Assembly: GCF_009914755.1 (NCBI RefSeq)
Contig: NC_060948.1
DNA: 64,000 nt
From: the human T2T-CHM13v2.0 reference genome, Homo sapiens
Direction: 5' to 3' (one strand)
The notes beneath the pieces were generated by a model. It made no database searches. It saw nothing but the letters and a program-made list of their open reading frames with translations, and was not told where the DNA came from. This document shows, in pieces, positions 59,810-64,000 of this stretch (positions are counted from its first letter, which is position 1; each line of letters begins with the position of its first letter). The position numbers and the translations under genes are program-made.

Positions 59810-61914
59810 AGATCCATATTTTTTAAATGAAAAAAAATTTCAAAGGTACTCTGCTTGGTACAATAATCAAATGTATAAACTGAGGAATAAAACATAACCA
59901 TGAAACCTACTTATAACTGCATATGGAAAATACAGAGGATAATTTTTTAAATAACATATTTTGAAAGCCTTAACTAGTAATTTGAAGAGTTGGCATTTGA
60001 AAGGCCAGTATGAATATACCTTCAAAGCAGCAACACAGGTTCCCCATGAGAAAAAGCAAACACAGGGAAAATAAAAACACAAAGGTTCAATCTCTTCTGA
60101 CCTTTGAAAGACACAGCACAGACAGTGGTCCTTAGGTCGAAGAGCAGGAGACCCCTAATTCCGTCACCATGGCGATAGGGCATAAACATTGCTGGGTGAG
60201 GGCACAATCCACATTGTAAGGTCCAACTGCTGCCAGGAAGACAGGAGTGCTTTTACATAGACCGAAAGGTCATTGAAGGCTCAGAGTTTTGTTTCAAGAA
60301 CTGAATCCCAAGCCCACACGTTATTAGGCTGCGCTTCTTAAAACAAGTTATGAGATGGGAAAAAGGGCACCCACAAACATACGTATACATTATGTATATA
60401 ATAATATACAGTATCATATATATAATATATATAACCTATGTATAATATTGTTTTACATCCTGCATCTTATGTTATATATATTGTATAAAATATAATAATT
60501 GATAATATATAAGTTTTATAATTATACAATATGACATATAGTATATATTATAATTTATGACATATATAATATATGTTATATATCATATATAGAATATATT
60601 ATACGGTTAATATACGTATTAAATATAAATTATACATTATATATATTATATATAATATATCTGTTATATATAATACCCATTATGCATAATATATATATTA
60701 TGTCTATGTTATATATAGTATAAAACAACATATAATAATATATAATTGTATCTATAAAATGCGACATAGAATATATATTATATTTTATAACATATGTAAT
60801 ATATATTATATATAATACGTTGTATGTATAATACCTATATTAAATATATATTATATGACTATGTTATTAATTACATGTCACATGTGTTATATATTATATA
60901 TTTTACATAGAATATACCGGTTACATACAATATATACTATGTTACCTATAATGTATAATTTATTACATGTAAAATAAAGACTGCAATATATTATGTATAA
61001 TTTATAATATGCAATATGTGGAATGTGATATATATAACATATAATATATGATATATGATATACAGTATATGATATATAACATACAATATATGATTCCTAA
61101 TATATATGGTATACAATATATATTTTATGATATGTATTCTATATGTTTTATATTCTGTTATATATAACTATTTGAAATTATATATAACTGTATAATATTT
61201 TATGTAAATATGTAATATAATATATATAACTATATAATATATTATATATAACTATATATTATGTTATATATACTTTTATAACATAATTTACATAAAATAT
61301 CATAATATAATATATATTATATTATTTCATATTACATAATATATATTACATATCACCCAATATAACTAACATACATAATATTATAATATAGATTATATTG
61401 TGTTATATTAAATATCATATATATCATGTATCATATATTCTATAATATATATTACACATTATATAATATGTATGTTGTCTGTTATGTGATATATATAACT
61501 ATATATATAATTATATTAATATATATATAACTAGATAAACATGTAATTCTACATATTTTCATTTATAATATGTAGAATTATATAATCATATATAATTATT
61601 TATATTCTATAAAAAATTTTATCATTATATAAATTATAATATATAAAAATTATAATATGTACTACAAATATATATATTATATATCATATATGATATAGTA
61701 CCTTTGTTATATATCATAATACATATAAATGTGTATTATGTTATCTATAATTATATAATTTCATATATAAGATGTATAATATGTATCATATATTATATAT
61801 GTTATGTAATATATATAGTATATATAAGATGACACAGGATAAATATTATATACTATGACATATAAAATATATCAGGTTATATGTTACATATAAGGCATAG
61901 CACATAACATGTAA

Positions 61915-62223
<309 letters not shown>

Positions 62224-62800
62224 AGATCCATATTTTTTAAATGAAAAAAAATTTCAAAGGTACTCTGCTTGGTACAATAATCAAATGTATAAACTGAGGA
62301 ATAAAACATAACCATGAAACCTACTTATAACTGCATATGGAAAATACAGAGGATAATTTTTTAAATAACATATTTTGAAAGCCTTAACAATAATTTGAAG
62401 AGTTGGCATTTGAAAGGCCAGTATGAATATACCTTCAAAGCAGCAACACAGGTTCCCCATGAGAAAAAGCAAACACAGGGAAAATAAAAACACAAAGGTT
62501 CTATCTCTTCTGACCTTTGAAAGACACAGCACAGACAGTGGTCCTTAGGACGAAGAGCAGGAGACCCCTAATTCCGTCACCATGGCGATAGGGCATAAAC
62601 ATTGCTGGGTGAGGGCACAATCCACATTGTGAGGTCCAACTGCTGCCAGGAAGACAGGAGTGCTTTTACATAGACCGAAAGGTCATTGAAGGCTCAGAGT
62701 TTTGTTTCAAGGACTGAATCCCAAGCCCACACGTTATTAGGCTGCGCTTCTTAAAACAAGTTATGAGATGGGAAAAAGGGCACCCACAAACATACGTATA
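62224..62800. repeat. HSATI subunit of U26 (last complete copy)
   Basis: Same segment as 1745-2320, with a net 1-bp loss at ~62389. Confidence 0.75.
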
Positions 62801-64000
62801 CATTATGTATATAATAATATACAGTATCATATATATAATATATATAACCTATGTATAATATTGTTTTACATCCTGCATCTTATGTTATATATATTGTATA
62901 AAATATAATAATTGATAATATATAAGTTTTATACTTATACAATATGACATATAGTATATATTATAATTTATGACATATATAATATATGTTATATATCATA
63001 TATAGAATATATTATACGGTTAATATACGTATTAAATATAAATTATACATTATATATATTATATATAATATATCTGTTATATATAATACCCATTATGCAT
63101 AATATATATATTATGTCTATGTTATATATAGTATAAAACAACATATAATAATACATAATTGTATATATAAAATGCGACATATAATATATATTATATTTTA
63201 TAACATATGTAATATATATTATATATTATATATAATACGTTGTATGTATAATACCTATATTAAATATATATTATATGACTATGTTATTAATTACATGTCA
63301 CATGTGTTATATATTATATATTTTACATAGAATATACCGCTTACATACAATATATACTATGTTACCTATAATGTATAATTTATTACATGTAAAATAAAGA
63401 ATGCAATATATTATGTATAATTTATAATATACAATATGTGGAATGTGGTATATATAACATATAATATATGATATATGATATACAGTATATGATATATAAC
63501 ATACAATATATGATTCCTAATATATATGGTATACAATATATATTTTATGATATGTATTCTATATGTTTTATATTCTGTTATATATAACTATTTGAAATTA
63601 TATATAACTGTATAATATTTTATGTAAATATGTAATATAATATATATAACTATATAATATATTATATATAACTATATATTATGTTATATATACTTTTATA
63701 ACATAATTTACATAAAATATCATAATATAATATATATTATATTATTTCATATTACATAATATATATTACATATCACCCAGTATAACTAACATACATAATA
63801 TTATAATATAGATTATATTATGTTATATTAAATATCATATATATCATGTATCATATATTCTATAATATATATTACACATTATATAATATGTATGTTGTCT
63901 ATTATGTGATATATATAACTATATATATAATTATATTTTTATACATATAACTAGATAAACATGTAATTCTACATATTTTCATTTATAATATGTAGAATTA
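62801..64000. repeat. AT-rich subunit, truncated by the window end
   Basis: Aligns to the first ~1.2 kb of the AT block. Confidence 0.9.

Overview
The whole 64-kb window is one uninterrupted head-to-tail tandem array of a ~2.42-kb composite unit: 26 complete units plus a partial 27th, all in the same orientation. Each unit has three parts: (i) a ~1.55-kb very AT-rich block, (ii) a ~290-bp diverged Alu on the minus strand, slightly 5'-truncated and carrying a 16-bp internal duplication, and (iii) a ~570-bp higher-complexity segment corresponding to HSATI. This structure, the unit length and a predicted 2,146-bp HaeIII fragment match the human DYZ2/HSat1B satellite of Yq12 heterochromatin; related cassettes occur on acrocentric short arms and 22q11.2, so the Y assignment is likely rather than proven. 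I find no credible protein-coding gene, RNA gene or previously undescribed gene system; the ORF track is the same short chance ORFs repeated once per unit. What is worth examining is structural: shared variants reveal trimer, dimer, staggered and long-range duplication patterns between units, and each AT block holds conserved inverted repeats. Units U1-U27 start at 1, 2402, 4822, 7243, 9664, 12079, 14501, 16921, 19342, 21759, 24176, 26596, 29013, 31431, 33851, 36273, 38695, 41115, 43528, 45947, 48367, 50787, 53207, 55627, 58047, 60467 and 62880. All variant comparisons were made by eye.
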